Under the pieces are notes generated by a model. It did no database searches. It saw nothing but the letters and a program-made list of their open reading frames with translations, and was not told the DNA's origin. A program made the translations under genes and the position numbers. Shown in pieces: positions 62,515 to 64,000 of a stretch of 64,000 nt of DNA; the first letter of the stretch is position 1, and each line of letters opens with the position of its first letter. Origin of the DNA: Desulfatiglandales bacterium (lineage in GTDB: Bacteria > Desulfobacterota > DSM-4660 > Desulfatiglandales > Desulfatiglandaceae); assembly GCA_963662465.1 (NCBI GenBank), contig OY759599.1:5120001-5184000 (forward strand). Reading direction: 5' to 3'.

Positions 62515-63393
62515 TCATCGCTTTTTCCTGAGCCGGGACCGGTAAATAATGGCCACAAGATTTAAACCGAGTACAAGAAAAATCAGCACCAGGGCGGTTC
62601 CATATTGAAGCGGACGTGTGGCCTCGATGTCGGTGCCCGCCGTAGCCAGTACATAGACGTGGTACGGAAGCGCCATGACTTCATCAAAGATGGACGTGGG
62701 GAGTGACGGGGTGTAGAACACCGCGGCCGTGAACATGATGGGCGCTGTTTCTCCGGCCGCCCTGCTGATCCCCAGGATCGTCCCGGTGAGAATCCCGGGA
62801 AGCGCCGCCGGCAAAACCACCCGGTATATGGTCTGCCATTTGGTGGCCCCAAGTCCCAGGGATGCCTCCCGGTAGGTGTTCGGCACGGCTCTCAAGGCCT
62901 CTTCCGTGGACCCGATAATGACCGGCAGGGTCAGGGCGCCCAGGGTCAAGGACCCGGCAAGAATGCTCACGCCCATATGTAAATATACCACAAAAAAGGC
63001 CAGCCCGAAAAGCCCGAAAACCACTGACGGAACCCCGGCAAGGTTATTGATGCCCAGCCGGATGAGACGAACAAGTCTTCCAGGGCGCGCATATTCGTTG
63101 AGATAAATGGCGGACGATACGCCGATGGGTAAGGCTACGGCAATGGCGCCAAGACTTAGGCAGAGGGTCCCAACAATGCAGGGAAGGATTCCTCCCTTGG
63201 TCATGGAATCCACTGGGGGTTGACTGAGAAAAGTCCAGTTGATGGCTCGCCATCCTCTTGCCACGAGGAAATAGACGACCACCAAGAGGGCGGCCCCATT
63301 GATGGCCGCGGAGATTCTGAAAAGGCCGAACATGGCGCCCTGAGTAAACTTTCGGCGGAATTTTACGCCTTCTTTATCATTGATTCGGTTCAT
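62515..63393 (-). CDS. pstA: phosphate ABC permease
   Basis: NLAGVPSVVFG, RAAGETAP. Confidence 0.94.
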   Translation of the reverse strand: MNRINDKEGVKFRRKFTQGAMFGLFRISAAINGAALLVVVYFLVARGWRAINWTFLSQPPVDSMTKGGILPCIVGTLCLSLGAIAVALPIGVSSAIYLNEYARPGRLVRLIRLGINNLAGVPSVVFGLFGLAFFVVYLHMGVSILAGSLTLGALTLPVIIGSTEEALRAVPNTYREASLGLGATKWQTIYRVVLPAALPGILTGTILGISRAAGETAPIMFTAAVFYTPSLPTSIFDEVMALPYHVYVLATAGTDIEATRPLQYGTALVLIFLVLGLNLVAIIYRSRLRKKR

Positions 63394-63404
63394 TTATTTC
63401 CCAT

Positions 63405-64000
63405 TTAAAGGGTTGCCGCCCCAACCTGCCGGTAGCGATGTGAAATTTGTTCGGCAATCACATTAAACGCCAATGTAAACAAAAACAGGATGATGGCCGT
63501 GGCGAAAAGGGCGTAATAATGTTCGCTCTGAAAAGGCGCCTCCGCCATTTCCGCCGCAATGCTGGCCGGCATGGGTCTTACGGGATCAAACAGCGATGTG
63601 GGAATCATGGCGGCGCCCCCCGCCACCATGAGGACCACCATGGTTTCTCCCATGGCCCTTGACATCCCCAGGATGACGGCGGTGCATATGCCGGAAATGG
63701 AGGCTGGAAAAATAACCCGTGCAATGGTCTCCCAGTGCGTGGCTCCCAAAGCCAGCGAGGCCTCTTTCAATTCCACAGGAACGCCGAAGATGGCATCTTC
63801 CGAGAGACTGCAAATGGTTGGAATCGACATGAAGGCCAGCATCAAGGAGGCATTGAAAAGATTGAGCCCCGTGGGGATATCCAGCATTTCCTGTAGAAAA
63901 GGGGCCACAATGACCATTCCGAAAAACCCGATCACCACGGAGGGGAGGGACGCCAGAAGCTCGACAATGGGTTTGACCCACTCGCGGACCCTGGCTGATG
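63405..64000 (-). CDS. pstC: phosphate ABC permease, 5' end outside window
   Basis: ELLASLPSVVIG, SRAMGETM. Confidence 0.93.
   Translation of the reverse strand, partial: SARVREWVKPIVELLASLPSVVIGFFGMVIVAPFLQEMLDIPTGLNLFNASLMLAFMSIPTICSLSEDAIFGVPVELKEASLALGATHWETIARVIFPASISGICTAVILGMSRAMGETMVVLMVAGGAAMIPTSLFDPVRPMPASIAAEMAEAPFQSEHYYALFATAIILFLFTLAFNVIAEQISHRYRQVGAATL

Overview
Chromosomal window from an anaerobic Desulfobacterota-like bacterium (inferred from gene content and synteny). 1-11 kb: cysteine desulfidase/HAAAP transporter pair, an MNT-HEPN pair and a PadR-led molybdenum operon (DUF364, modABC, Mo-binding protein, yqeB, xdhC). 11-29 kb: orphan family-5 SBP, Na/Pi cotransporter preceded by an apparent leader-peptide attenuator, a divergent Mop-type aldehyde oxidoreductase, and a CoA-catabolic cluster (GlcD/F fusion, 2-hydroxyacyl-CoA dehydratase subunit, activase, CoA ligase, atypical thiolase) next to malonyl-CoA decarboxylase. 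29-39 kb: SBP-YfiR-histidine kinase trio, repeat coiled-coil protein, IPTL-CTERM protein, selenocysteine-containing selD plus yedF. 39-49 kb: housekeeping block (yggU/yggT, rnpB, zinc ribbon, Nif3, tRNA-Ile2, rpoD, dnaG, hisA, hisB). 48.7-61 kb: decayed island (type III Res fragment, RIT end in IS66, DDE transposase, frameshifted two-partner secretion locus, deleted IS5, MITE, dead toxin-antitoxin pair). 61-64 kb: pstC-pstA-pstB-phoU. No CRISPR array or rRNA seen. All family calls come from motif recognition by eye; no database searches were run.
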